44,246 nt of DNA. Source: Planctomycetota bacterium. Its GTDB lineage: Bacteria; Planctomycetota; PLA2; JAEUHO01. Location of the stretch: assembly GCA_050248855.1 (NCBI GenBank), contig JBFWRP010000036.1:1-44246 (forward strand). The letters run 5' to 3'. Both the position numbers and the translations under genes were made by a program. The notes beneath the pieces are model-generated. The model saw only the letters and a list, made by a program, of their open reading frames with translations. It ran no database searches and was not told the origin of the DNA. Of the stretch, positions 26,512 through 36,829 are shown one piece after another. Numbering within the stretch: the first letter of the stretch is position 1; the number at the start of each line of letters is the position of its first letter.

Positions 26512-28758
26512 TCAGGCTCCTTCCAAGGCCGCCAGGACGCGGGCGGGCGTCATGGGCAGCTCCGTGACCTGGACACCGAGGGCGTCGTAGACCGCGTTCG
26601 CCACGGCGGCCGCGGTGGGCACCGTGGCGGGCTCGCCCAAGCCCATGATGCCGGCGTTGTTGAAGCCGCTGACGACGGATGTCAGCACGACGTCGATCTG
26701 CGGCGTGTCGGCCAGGCCGATGATGCGGTACGTGTCGAACGTGGGATTGACCATGTCCCCCTGGGCCCGGTCCAGGCGTCGTTCCTCGTGGAGCGCGAAC
26801 GAGATCCCCTGCAGCACACCGCCGTTGACTTGGCTGCGGGCCGTGAGCGTGTCGATCAAACGGCCTGCATCGTGGACGGCGACGACGCGCGTCACGCGTA
26901 CGACGCCGGTCTCGATGTCTACGGCCACCTCGGCCATCTGGACACCCGCGGTCTCCCCGTAGGGGCCTTCGTGGTTGGGGCGGCGTGTGCCGCTGACGGC
27001 CAGGCCGCCCGCACCTACCAGGCGCGCGGCTTCCTCGAACGTGGCCGTGCGGCCACCGGCTTCGTAGTGGCCGTCCTTCCAGGCGATGTCGCCCACGTCG
27101 ACGCCCCAGGCGTCGGCGAGCTTGGCCGCGACGCCCTGACGGGCGTGCAGGGCGGCTTCGCGCGCGGCGGGGCCGATCGACGGCGCCGTCGTGCTGCCGC
27201 CGCTGCCCGGCCCCGGCGGGTAGTCGGTGTCGCCGACGCGCACGTCGATGCGGTCGACGCCGATCCCGAGCTCCTCCGCAACGAGCACTGCCATCAGCGT
27301 GCGGGTCCCGGTGCCGATGTCCTGCACGCCGCTCATCACGGCCACGTGGCCGTCGGCGTGGACCTTGAGGTCGACGCGCCACTCGCCGCGCCCCGCGTTG
27401 CTCCAGCGCGACGCGGCACAGCCCACACCCAGGCGCCAGGGGCCATCGCGGCGCTGACCGCCGCGCCCTCGCGCCTCGGCCCAGCCCATGCGCTCTGCCG
27501 CGAGGTCCCACTGGATGCGGCGGATGGGGTGGTCGTCGTTGCGCTTGCGCACGTCGAGCGGATCCAGGCCCGCCGCGCGCGCGAAGCGGTCGATGACGCC
27601 CTCCAGCGCGAAGGAGCCCTGGGGATGGCGCGGCGCACGGAACGCCGCGGCCCGCGCCGTATGCGTGCGCACCGTGCGTTGGCGCATGGCCACGTTGGGC
27701 AGCTCGTAGACCATGACGTTCTGGGATCCGGCGCCACCCGCTGCGTTCCCGGCGGTGCCCAGGACGTCGCCACGCAGGACGGTGAAGCGACCGTCCTTCG
27801 TACCGCCGAGCTCCATCTGCTGGATCGAGTCGGGGCGGTTGCCGCCGAGCAGGTGCTCCAGGCGGCGCGAGAGCAGCATGCGCACGGGCCGTCCGGTCTC
27901 GCGTGCCAGCTCCGCGGCGAGCACGTCCCACTCCAGCGCCCCGAACTTGCTGCCGAAGCCCCCGCCCATGTGCTCGGTGAGCACGCGGATCCTGGCCGCC
28001 GGGACGCCCAACGCGCGGCTCATCGCCGGGCCGGCGGCGAACCCGGACGTGGCCTGCGTGCTGGCCCAGATCGTGGCGTGCCCGTCCGGCGTCACCTGGA
28101 CGACGACGCCGTGCGGCTCGAGGCAGCTGTGGGTCTGGATCGCCGTGCGCCACGTGCCTTGGACCTTGACCTCGGCGGCGTCCCACGCGGCGTCCGGGTC
28201 CCCGCGGCGCATCGTCGCGCGCGGGTCGTCGGCCGGGGGCAGGTTGGGCGCGCGGCGATCGACCTGCGGTGCGCCTTCGGCCATCGCGTCCTCGACGGTG
28301 ACCGCCGACGGCTTGACGTCGTAGGTCACGACGACCGCGCGCAGCCCGTCGTCGAGCGATTCTTCGCTCTCGGCACAGACGACGGCCACGATCGCACCGG
28401 GGAACGTGACCTGGCGCCCGCCGGCGGCGCGGGCCACCAACACCCCGGGGACCTTCAGCGCCGCCGCCACGTCGACCGACCGCACCTCCGCATGCGCATG
28501 CGGCGAGGCCACGAGCCCCGCGAAGCAGAGACCCTGCGGCTGGATGTCGTAGGTGTACTTGGCCGCCCCCGTGGCCTTGGCCGGACCGTCCACGCGCGGC
28601 ACGTCCGTGCCGACGACGCGGAGTGCGGCCTCCACGCCCCACGGCGTGGCATCGTCGTCGTGGACGTCGACGGTGATCTCACGGCGAGCCGCCGGGTTCT
28701 TGGCGACGCGGTCGTCGTGACCGACGAGCCCCGTGGTGTAGGTGACGCGGCGAGCCAT
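26512..28758 (-). CDS. Xanthine-dehydrogenase-family molybdopterin subunit (PaoC/YagR-like)
   Basis: RVDGPAKATGAAKY, MGGGFGSK, FRAP, DIGTGTRT, GSGGS, SQVNGG, GLGEP. Confidence 0.93.
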   Translation of the reverse strand: MARRVTYTTGLVGHDDRVAKNPAARREITVDVHDDDATPWGVEAALRVVGTDVPRVDGPAKATGAAKYTYDIQPQGLCFAGLVASPHAHAEVRSVDVAAALKVPGVLVARAAGGRQVTFPGAIVAVVCAESEESLDDGLRAVVVTYDVKPSAVTVEDAMAEGAPQVDRRAPNLPPADDPRATMRRGDPDAAWDAAEVKVQGTWRTAIQTHSCLEPHGVVVQVTPDGHATIWASTQATSGFAAGPAMSRALGVPAARIRVLTEHMGGGFGSKFGALEWDVLAAELARETGRPVRMLLSRRLEHLLGGNRPDSIQQMELGGTKDGRFTVLRGDVLGTAGNAAGGAGSQNVMVYELPNVAMRQRTVRTHTARAAAFRAPRHPQGSFALEGVIDRFARAAGLDPLDVRKRNDDHPIRRIQWDLAAERMGWAEARGRGGQRRDGPWRLGVGCAASRWSNAGRGEWRVDLKVHADGHVAVMSGVQDIGTGTRTLMAVLVAEELGIGVDRIDVRVGDTDYPPGPGSGGSTTAPSIGPAAREAALHARQGVAAKLADAWGVDVGDIAWKDGHYEAGGRTATFEEAARLVGAGGLAVSGTRRPNHEGPYGETAGVQMAEVAVDIETGVVRVTRVVAVHDAGRLIDTLTARSQVNGGVLQGISFALHEERRLDRAQGDMVNPTFDTYRIIGLADTPQIDVVLTSVVSGFNNAGIMGLGEPATVPTAAAVANAVYDALGVQVTELPMTPARVLAALEGA

Positions 28759-28761
28759 GAC

Positions 28762-29421
28762 CTACTCCCCCTTCGCCGCGCGAAGCGCCGCGCGCAGGAC
28801 GTGCGGATGCGTACCGCAGCGACAGAGGTTGCCGGCGACCGCGGCACGGGCCTGCTCGTCGGTCAGGTCCTTGCCGTGTTGCTTCACGGCGAAGGCACAC
28901 GCCATCACCATGCCCGGCGTGCAGAAGCCGCACTGCAGGGCGTCTTCGGCGCAGAAGGCGGCTTGGACGGGGTGCATGTCGCCCGGCGAGCCCAGGCCCT
29001 CGACGGTGGTCACCTCGCGACCCTCGGCCTCGACCGCCAGCACGCTGCACGCGTAGACGGTCTTGCCGTCCAACCACACGGTGCACGCCCCGCACTGGCT
29101 GCGCTCGCAGACCGGCTTGGCCCCGGTCAGGTCCAGGCGCAGGCGGAGTGCCGAGAGCAGCGTCGTGCGGGGCTCGACCGTGAGCTTGCGCTCCTCGCCG
29201 TTGACCCGCACCGCGATCGCGACGGCTCCGGGACCTTGCGTGCGCACGCCATCCGGCACGGCGGCTTCGCGCGCCAACGTCTCGCGCGTACCCAGGATGG
29301 CCGCGCTCACCGCGGCCGCGCCCGCGCCCTTGAAGAGTCCGCGGCGAGTCACGCGGGAGGCCCGGTCGGGCAACGCGCCCTGCGGGGAGCTCGGGTCCGG
29401 GGGCAGTTCCTGACGCGGCAT
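28762..29421 (-). CDS. 2Fe-2S subunit with Tat signal (PaoA/YagT-like)
   Basis: Twin-arginine VTRRGLFK; CERSQCGACTV...C; QCGFCTPG...NLCRCG. Confidence 0.93.
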   Translation of the reverse strand: MPRQELPPDPSSPQGALPDRASRVTRRGLFKGAGAAAVSAAILGTRETLAREAAVPDGVRTQGPGAVAIAVRVNGEERKLTVEPRTTLLSALRLRLDLTGAKPVCERSQCGACTVWLDGKTVYACSVLAVEAEGREVTTVEGLGSPGDMHPVQAAFCAEDALQCGFCTPGMVMACAFAVKQHGKDLTDEQARAAVAGNLCRCGTHPHVLRAALRAAKGE

Positions 29422-29471
29422 GGCGGGGCTCCTGCTACGCACGCGAACGTACCCCACCCCGGAAGGGGGGG

Positions 29472-30905
29472 TCAACGGACGGAGAGGTCAAAGCCCGTGA
29501 AGCGCGTCCCCGGCTCGAGGGAGACCGGCACCGTGCGCGGCTCGGACGTGCGCAGGTCGGAGCGGACCACGCAGAGACGCCAACGCCCCGGTGGCACGCG
29601 CAAGGTGAACCCCAGGCCGGGGTCGGGCATCACGTCCCGGGAGGCTCCGCCGATCCAGGTGCCTGCGCCCGTCTCGCGCTCCGCGCGGACGCGTACCGTA
29701 TCACGCGTGTCAACCACGCTACCGACGATCGTGGCCGCGGGGGCGAACGCACCCACGGTGATGGCATCTGCATCGGATGCGGTTTCCGCACGCACGGTGA
29801 TGGGCGCGAACGTGCCGTCGGCCTCGATCCACCCGACGTGCTCGCCCGCGGGCACGACGAAGGACCAGCCGCCGTCGTCGTCGCGGTCGAGGGGCACTTG
29901 ACCCAGGCGATCGGCCGTGGTCGCGCGCAGGAGGATGCGTCGCGGGGCGACGTCGGCGGCGAGCGCCGGCAAGCGGACGCGACGGGGCTTCGCCTCCGCG
30001 TCGAGGGCGAGCGGGAACAGGGCCTGCTCTTCCTGCCACGCCTCGCCGTCCACGCGCCAGCGGGCCTCGTCCCCCCACGCGGGGAGGGACACGACCACGC
30101 CGTCCCCATGCTCGCCAATCCCCGAGAACCACGCACGCCCCCGCTGGAAGGGCGCGGTCCACGTCAGGTCGAGCGGGTGCGCCACCAAGCGCAGCTCGGC
30201 TTCCACGCCGTCGTCGATCGGGCCTCCGACTACCTCCACGACCAGCGGCGGGCTCGCGGCGGGATCCAGCAGGCGGACATACGGAACGGCAGGGTTGTCG
30301 GGGATCGGCAGCTCGACGGGGCGCGTTGCGACGTGGCCCTCGAACAGGCTGAACGCCCGCAGCTGCGTGCCCGGCACCAAGACGGCGTCGGGCAGACGGA
30401 CCACCAGCCAGCCTCCCGGCTGCACCGTGACCTCGACGGGAACGCGCTCGTACGTGTCGGCGTGCGGGCTCGTCCGTCGCTCGAGGGCCACGACCGGCAG
30501 CACGCGCCACGTGTCCGCCGTCCGCGGGCGCATGTAGAGCGTGCCCGAGCGGGCCAGCCAGACGACGTTGGGCGGCCCCTCCGCCTGCGTGTGGAACACC
30601 TGGAGCGACTGGCCGCTCGTGAGCGTCCCCCACCCCGCGCTGTTCTCCACGCGGTAGGCACCGGCGGGTGCGTCGGCCACGTAGTGGTAGACGTCACCCT
30701 CACGCCCCGTCGCACGCAAGGGAATGCGATACGACCCGGCAGGCTTGTCCAGCGGCGAGAGCCAGAGCGGCTGCGGCGGCTCCCCGTCGTCGGGGAGCGT
30801 GTGGATTGCGATGCGCATGCCCGGCGCCGGGGCGTCGCCGCAGGCCGCCAGCCCCAACACCACGGCCAGGCTCGCGATCACGGGCAACGTCTTGGAGAAC
30901 CGCAT
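29472..30905 (-). CDS. Hypothetical lipoprotein
   Basis: MRFSKTLPVIASLAVVLGLAAC lipobox; beta-rich composition; starts 11 nt after the uvrA stop. Confidence 0.7.
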   Translation of the reverse strand: MRFSKTLPVIASLAVVLGLAACGDAPAPGMRIAIHTLPDDGEPPQPLWLSPLDKPAGSYRIPLRATGREGDVYHYVADAPAGAYRVENSAGWGTLTSGQSLQVFHTQAEGPPNVVWLARSGTLYMRPRTADTWRVLPVVALERRTSPHADTYERVPVEVTVQPGGWLVVRLPDAVLVPGTQLRAFSLFEGHVATRPVELPIPDNPAVPYVRLLDPAASPPLVVEVVGGPIDDGVEAELRLVAHPLDLTWTAPFQRGRAWFSGIGEHGDGVVVSLPAWGDEARWRVDGEAWQEEQALFPLALDAEAKPRRVRLPALAADVAPRRILLRATTADRLGQVPLDRDDDGGWSFVVPAGEHVGWIEADGTFAPITVRAETASDADAITVGAFAPAATIVGSVVDTRDTVRVRAERETGAGTWIGGASRDVMPDPGLGFTLRVPPGRWRLCVVRSDLRTSEPRTVPVSLEPGTRFTGFDLSVR

Positions 30906-30916
30906 GGCCGACGAGG

Positions 30917-33900
30917 TTACGCGGACGTGCGCCGTCGCGTGCGCCGGCGCGGCTTGGCGGCCTCCGCCAGCGCCCGACCCGTGGCGGTGGTCCCGCGGGC
31001 GATCGCGGCCGGAGAGCCGGACGCCACGATGCGCCCGCCCTCGGCCCCGGCGCCGGGGCCCACGTCGATCACGTGGTCCGCGGCGGCGATCAGCTCCAGG
31101 TGGTGCTCGATCACGAGCACCGTGTCGCCGCGGTCGACGAAGCGTCCAAGCGTGGCCACCAAGCGGTCCACGTCCTCGCCGTGCAGGCCGATCGTGGGCT
31201 CGTCGAGCACGTAGAGCGTGCCCGGCGTGTCCGCGCGCGCGGCCGCGCCGAGCTCCCCCACCATGCGCAGCCGCTGCGCCTCGCCGCCGGAGAGCGTCGG
31301 CGACGGCTGGCCGAGCGTGAGGTAGCCAAGGCCCACGTCCACCATGAGCGCCAACAGGGGGGCGACCCGCGGCAGGTCGGCGAGCTTCTCGGCCGCCTCC
31401 TCGAACGTCAGGCCGAGCAGGTCCGCGGCCGACAGTCCCTGCCAGTGGATCTCGAGCGTCTCGGGCTCGAAGCGCGCGCCGTCGCACCGCTCGCACGGCA
31501 CGCGGACGTCGGGCAGGAACGTCATCTCGACGACGGCCTCGCCGCGCCCGTCGCAGGCCGGACAGCGGCCGCCGGGCGTGTTGAACGAGAAGCGGCCTGG
31601 GCCGTAGCCGCGCGCGCGCGCTTCGGGCGTCGCCGCGAGCAGGCGACGCAGGTCGTCCCAGATGCCGAGGTAGGTGGCCGGCACGCTGCGGGGCGTGCTG
31701 CCGAGCGGGCTCGCATCGACCTCCACGAGGCGCCCCACGTGCTCTCCTCCCTCGAGGCGGGCGCCGCCGGCGCGACGTCGCCCCGCGAGGGCGTCGGCCA
31801 CGGCCGGCACCAGGCCCCCGTGGACCAGCGTGGACTTGCCGGCGCCGGAGACGCCCGTCACCACGACGAGGGCGCCGAGCGGCACGTCCACGTCCACGTC
31901 GACGAGGTTGTGGCGCGTGAAGCCGCGCAGGCCGAGCGTGTGCCCGCTGCCGGGGCGGCCCGCGCCGGGCACGGGCGGGGGACGCGCCATCAGGCGCCCC
32001 GTGGGCGTGTCGGCGCGACGGCGCAGCTCCGCCGGCGTGCCCTGGGCCACGATCCGGCCACCGTGGCGCCCCCCACCTGGCCCAAGGTCGATCACGTGGT
32101 CGGCCTGCTCGATCGTCTCGAGGTCGTGCTCCACCACGAGCAGGCCGTTGCCGCGCGAAGCCAAACCGCGCAGCGCCGCGACGAGCGTGCGGTTGTCGCG
32201 CGCGTGCAGGCCGATCGTGGGCTCGTCGAGCACGTAGAGCACACCGCGCAGCGGGCTGCCAAGCTGCGCCGCGATGCGCAGCCGCTGCGCCTCGCCACCG
32301 GAGAGCGTGGTCGCGTCGCGGTCCAGCCCGAGGTAGCCGAGCCCCAAGCGCCCGAGCAGGTCGATGCGCTCGCGGATCTCGCCGAGCAACGGCTTCGCGA
32401 TGGCGCCGGCGCGGGCATCGAGGTCCAGGGCCTGGAGGGTCGGGCCCAGGTCCGCGAGGGGCAAGGCCAGGAGCTCGGGCAACGTGCGCCCCCCGACGCG
32501 TACGGCCCGCGCCTCGGGCCGCAGGCGACTGCCTCCGCACGCGCGGCACGGGATCTCGCGCACGATGTCGCCCAGGCGCTCGCGGAGGCCCTCGCCCGCG
32601 TCCCGCAGGTGCGCGGCCAGACGTTCGGCGGCGCCCGTGAACGCCGGCCGCTTGCGCCCCGCGAGCAGGGCCTTCTGCGTGGCGGCGGGCAGGTTCTCCC
32701 AGCGCGTTTGCGCGGAGACGCCGAACGCAGCGCGCGCTTCCCGGACGAAGGCCTTGCGCAGGTCGCGGTCCAGACGCAGCAGCGGGACGGCCCCTCCCGA
32801 CAGCGTCTTGCCCGGCTCGACGGGGAGGCGCTCCGGGTCGATCTCGGGTTCGGTGCCCAGGCCCCGGCACGACGGGCACCAGCCGCGCCGGCTGTTGTGG
32901 CTGAACAGGCGGGGGTCCATCTCCGGTACGCCGATGCCGTGCTCGGGGCACGTACGCTCGCCCGCGTACCAGCGCGCCGCCTCGCTCCCGACGAGCAAGC
33001 CCACGGTGCCGCGGGCTTGCTCGAGGGCGCCCGCGACGGCCTCGCGCCACGTCGCCGCGCTGGCGCGCGCAGCGACGTGGCCGACGACTTCGGCCACGTC
33101 GTGCTCGGCGTAGCGGTCCAGCCGGGGCAGCGGGTCCAGGGGCACGAGGGCGCCGTCCACCCAGGCCTCGTGGCCGCCGCGGCGGACCATCGCTTCGAGC
33201 ACGTCGCGGTGGAAGCCCTTGCGCCCCCAGATGCGGGGCGCGAGCAGGCGCGCCTCGCCCCGCCCGGCCGTGGCGCGGAGGACGTCGGCCAGGTCGTCGC
33301 TCCGCTGCGCCGCCAGCGGCCGGTCGCACGTGGGGCAGTGGGCCTCCCCCGCGCGCGCGAACAGCACGCGGAGGTGATGCGAGATCTCGGTGACGGTCGC
33401 CACCGTCGACCGTCGGCCGCCGCGGCTGCGCCGCTGCTCGATGGCGACCGTGGGCGGGATGCCCGCCACGTGGTCGACGTCCGGACGCGCCATGCCGCCC
33501 ACGAACTGCCGGGCGTACGAGCCAAGCGTCTCGATGTAGCGCCGCTGCCCCTCGGCGAACACGATGTCGAAGGCCAGCGACGACTTGCCCGAGCCGCTCG
33601 GGCCGCTCACGACCGTGAACCGATCGCGGGGCACGTCGATCGACACGTCCTTCAGGTTGTGGTGGCGCGCGCCGCGGATCTCGATGGCCGCGGGCGCGCG
33701 GCTGCGGGCGGGCGGCAGCGTGCGTCCAGGGCGGATGGCGGCCAGCGGGTCGCGCAGGAACGGCGCCGTCGCGGTGCGGCCTTTCGCGACCTCGGTCGGC
33801 GTGCCATCGGCCACGATGCGCCCGCCCTCGGCGCCCGCGCCGGGGCCCAGCTCCACGATGCGGTCCACCGACGCGAGCAGCTCCGGATGGTGCTCGACCA

Positions 33901-36541
33901 CGAGCACGCCGTGGCCCCGGTCGGCCAGGTGCCGGAGGGCGTCCAGCAGGCGGGCCACGTCCTCCATGTGGAGGCCCGTGGTGGGCTCGTCGAACACGTA
34001 GAGGCGCGGCTTGTGCACGCGCTTCTCGCCGAGGGCCGCGGCCAGCCGCAAGCGCTGCCATTCACCGCTGGAGAGCGTGCTGGCCCGCTGGCCCAGGCGG
34101 AGGTAGCCGAGGCCCACGCGCGCCACGGGTTCCAACGCCGCGGCCGCCCGCCGCGCCGCGGGCTCCGGGGCGCCTTCGAAGAGGGCGAGGGCAGCCTCCA
34201 CGCCCAGCGCGAGCAGGTCGCTGACGGAGCAGCCGTTCCACAGCACTTCGCGCACGACGGGACGGAAGCGCGTGCCCTCGCACTCCGAGCAGACGAGCTC
34301 GATGTCGGACAGGAACAGCATCTCGATGCGCTCGAGGCCGTCTCCTTGGCAGGCCTCGCAGCGACCGCCGGGCACGTTGAAGGAGAACGCCCCGGGACCC
34401 AGCTTGCGGCTCCTGGCCGCGGGCGTCGCGGCGAGCAACGTGCGCACGGCGTCCCAGGCCCCGACGTAGGTCGCGGGGTTGGCGCGCGACGACGCGCCGC
34501 CAGCCGCTTGGTCCACGAGCACGACGTCGCCCAGCGCGTCCGCGCCGACCACGGCCGCGTGTGCGCCGGGCGTGCCCTCCGGGCGTCCGAGCGCGCGGGC
34601 GAGCGCGAGGTACAGCACGTCGTGCGCCAGCGTGGACTTGCCCGAGCCGCTGACGCCGGCCAGCGCCGTAAGCTCGCCCAGGCGCACCACGAGGTCCACG
34701 CCGCGCAGGTTGTTGGCGTTGGCCCCCCGCACCCCCACCGCGGCACCCGCCCGCGGGCGTGGACGCGGCGCGGGCATCCTGCGCTCCCCGGCCAGCCAGC
34801 GACCGGTCACGCTTTCCCCGACCGCGACGAGGTCCTCCGTGGTGCCCTGGGCAACGATCCGTCCGCCGTGCTCGCCGGCGCCGGGCCCCATGTCGACGAC
34901 GTGGTCGGCCGCGGCCAACACCGACGCATCGTGTTCCACCACGACCACCGTGTTGCCCTGCTGCACGAGTCGACGCAGCTGGGTCACCAGGCGCGCCGTG
35001 TCTTGCGGATGCAGGCCGACGGAGGGCTCGTCAAGGACGAACAGCGCGCCCGTCAGGTTGGTGCCGATCGCGGCCGTGAGGTGGACGCGCTGGACCTCCC
35101 CGCCCGAGAGGGTGCGCCCGGCGCGGTCCAACGTGAGGTAGCCGAGGCCCACGTCGTCGAGACAAGCAAGGCGCGCTTCGATCTCGCGGCGCAGCAGCCG
35201 CACGACTTCGCGGCGGTCCGCAGGGAGCGAGCCGAGGCGTGCGGGATCGCCCTCCACGTGGAAGAGCGCCCGCGCCTCGGCGACGGAGAGTGCCAGCACC
35301 TCGGGCAGCGTCCGCCCGAACACGCGCCAGGCCCGCCCCTCGGGGCCCAGTCGGGAACCGCGGCAGTCCGGGCACGGTGGATACCCGCGGTAGCGGGCGA
35401 TGTGCACGCGCACGTGCACCTTGTAGGCCTTGCGGCGCAAGCGCGCGAAGTGGCCCTCGACGCCGTCGTAGCCGTCGCCGCCCTCGAGGATCGTGCGGCG
35501 GACGTCCGCGGGGAGGTCGCGCCACGGCACGTCCGTCGGCACACCGCTCTCGCGCGCCCACGTGAGGAGGCGCGAGCGCTCCTTGCGGTGCGCCGGCGTC
35601 TCGAAGGGACGTACGGCCCCCTCCTCGAGCGTGGCCCGAGGCAGGGGCACCACGAGGTCGTGGTCGACCCCGGTGACGCGACCGAAGCCGCTGCAGCGCT
35701 CGCACGCGCCGAGCGGGCTGTTGAAGCTGAACGTGGCGGGGCGCGGCGCGCGGTGCCGGGTGCCGCAGGACGCGCACGCGAGCCCGGCACTGAAGCGCAG
35801 GTGCCGCCCGCCGTCCGCCTCGATGGCGAGCAGCCGCTCCCCCCCGGCGCGGAAGGCGGTCTCGATGCTGTCGAGAAGCCGCGCCCGCGCCGTGCGGCCG
35901 ACCACGACCCGGTCCACGACGACCACGCCAGGCCCCTCGGCCGGCCACGCGCTCGCGGCGTTGGCGAGGTCCACGATCCCGGCGGGCGTCCAGAGTCGCG
36001 TGAACCCGGCACGCGCGAGGTCCTGGACAGTGCCGTCCAGGGCCGCGGCGCGACCGAGGCCCACCTCGAAGGCGAGCACCCAGCGCGAGCCCTTCGGCTC
36101 GGCCTCGAGGGCGTCGGCGACGGTTGCCGGCAGGTCGGGGCGGACCGGGGCCCCGCACGACGTACACGTCAGGTCCGCGACGCGCGCCCAGAGCAAGCGG
36201 AGGGGATCGTGGACCTCGGCGAGCGTGCCCACGGTGGAGCGGCCCCCCGTGAGCGTGCCGCGCCGCTCCAAGGCGATCGCCGGGGGGATGCCCTCGACCG
36301 CATCCACGGCCGGGCGGTCCATGCGCTCGAGGAACTGGCGTGCGTAGGCCGAGAACGTCTCGACGTAGCGACGCTGGCCCTCGGCGTAGAGCGTGTGGAA
36401 CGCGAGGCTGGACTTGCCGCTGCCGGAGACGCCCGTGACCACGGTCATGCGGCCGACGGGTACGTCGAGGTCGACGCCGCGCAGGTTGTGCTGTCGTGCG
36501 CCGCGCAGCCGGATGACGTCAGCGTCGGCCATCATCGACAT
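30917..36541 (-). CDS. uvrA: Excinuclease ABC subunit A, double-length (two fused UvrA units)
   Basis: Four Walker A motifs (GVSGSGKS x2, GPSGSGKS, GVSGAGKS), four LS(G/S)GE signatures, GARxHNL, several CxxC zinc fingers. Start at 36541, 36535 or 36532 is uncertain. Confidence 0.95.
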   Translation of the reverse strand: MSMMADADVIRLRGARQHNLRGVDLDVPVGRMTVVTGVSGSGKSSLAFHTLYAEGQRRYVETFSAYARQFLERMDRPAVDAVEGIPPAIALERRGTLTGGRSTVGTLAEVHDPLRLLWARVADLTCTSCGAPVRPDLPATVADALEAEPKGSRWVLAFEVGLGRAAALDGTVQDLARAGFTRLWTPAGIVDLANAASAWPAEGPGVVVVDRVVVGRTARARLLDSIETAFRAGGERLLAIEADGGRHLRFSAGLACASCGTRHRAPRPATFSFNSPLGACERCSGFGRVTGVDHDLVVPLPRATLEEGAVRPFETPAHRKERSRLLTWARESGVPTDVPWRDLPADVRRTILEGGDGYDGVEGHFARLRRKAYKVHVRVHIARYRGYPPCPDCRGSRLGPEGRAWRVFGRTLPEVLALSVAEARALFHVEGDPARLGSLPADRREVVRLLRREIEARLACLDDVGLGYLTLDRAGRTLSGGEVQRVHLTAAIGTNLTGALFVLDEPSVGLHPQDTARLVTQLRRLVQQGNTVVVVEHDASVLAAADHVVDMGPGAGEHGGRIVAQGTTEDLVAVGESVTGRWLAGERRMPAPRPRPRAGAAVGVRGANANNLRGVDLVVRLGELTALAGVSGSGKSTLAHDVLYLALARALGRPEGTPGAHAAVVGADALGDVVLVDQAAGGASSRANPATYVGAWDAVRTLLAATPAARSRKLGPGAFSFNVPGGRCEACQGDGLERIEMLFLSDIELVCSECEGTRFRPVVREVLWNGCSVSDLLALGVEAALALFEGAPEPAARRAAAALEPVARVGLGYLRLGQRASTLSSGEWQRLRLAAALGEKRVHKPRLYVFDEPTTGLHMEDVARLLDALRHLADRGHGVLVVEHHPELLASVDRIVELGPGAGAEGGRIVADGTPTEVAKGRTATAPFLRDPLAAIRPGRTLPPARSRAPAAIEIRGARHHNLKDVSIDVPRDRFTVVSGPSGSGKSSLAFDIVFAEGQRRYIETLGSYARQFVGGMARPDVDHVAGIPPTVAIEQRRSRGGRRSTVATVTEISHHLRVLFARAGEAHCPTCDRPLAAQRSDDLADVLRATAGRGEARLLAPRIWGRKGFHRDVLEAMVRRGGHEAWVDGALVPLDPLPRLDRYAEHDVAEVVGHVAARASAATWREAVAGALEQARGTVGLLVGSEAARWYAGERTCPEHGIGVPEMDPRLFSHNSRRGWCPSCRGLGTEPEIDPERLPVEPGKTLSGGAVPLLRLDRDLRKAFVREARAAFGVSAQTRWENLPAATQKALLAGRKRPAFTGAAERLAAHLRDAGEGLRERLGDIVREIPCRACGGSRLRPEARAVRVGGRTLPELLALPLADLGPTLQALDLDARAGAIAKPLLGEIRERIDLLGRLGLGYLGLDRDATTLSGGEAQRLRIAAQLGSPLRGVLYVLDEPTIGLHARDNRTLVAALRGLASRGNGLLVVEHDLETIEQADHVIDLGPGGGRHGGRIVAQGTPAELRRRADTPTGRLMARPPPVPGAGRPGSGHTLGLRGFTRHNLVDVDVDVPLGALVVVTGVSGAGKSTLVHGGLVPAVADALAGRRRAGGARLEGGEHVGRLVEVDASPLGSTPRSVPATYLGIWDDLRRLLAATPEARARGYGPGRFSFNTPGGRCPACDGRGEAVVEMTFLPDVRVPCERCDGARFEPETLEIHWQGLSAADLLGLTFEEAAEKLADLPRVAPLLALMVDVGLGYLTLGQPSPTLSGGEAQRLRMVGELGAAARADTPGTLYVLDEPTIGLHGEDVDRLVATLGRFVDRGDTVLVIEHHLELIAAADHVIDVGPGAGAEGGRIVASGSPAAIARGTTATGRALAEAAKPRRRTRRRTSA

Positions 36542-36644
36542 ACGGTGCCAGGGCAATTCCTACCGCCCAAGGCGGCGCCCGGGTGGAACCGGAGCCGACT
36601 GGACCGAGGCGACGTCAGGCGATGGGAATTGCCCTGGCACCGTA
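36541..36644. repeat. TACGG-family REPIN-like doublet abutting the uvrA start
   Basis: Arms 36541-36567 and 36618-36644 (25/27 match; first 20 bp TACGGTGCCAGGGCAATTCC perfect) with a 50-bp spacer. Confidence 0.75.
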
Positions 36645-36652
36645 CGCGAAAG

Positions 36653-36681
36653 GGGCCGTCGCGATCGTGTCGCGACGGCCC
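36653..36681 (-). terminator. Porin-type terminator T1
   Basis: GGGCCGTCGCGA-TCGTG-TCGCGACGGCCC; minus-strand tail CTTT. Confidence 0.7.
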
Positions 36682-36829
36682 GCTGCTGGCGCTTGGGACT
36701 CTAGGTCTGCGAGGGACTCGCTCTGCTCATCGGGTCGTCAGGGCGACGGCAGCGTGCTCGCGGAGCCGATGGTGGCGCGCGGCCGAGCACGCGGCGAGCC
36801 GGGCTCACGCACCCCCACCAACGCCCGTG

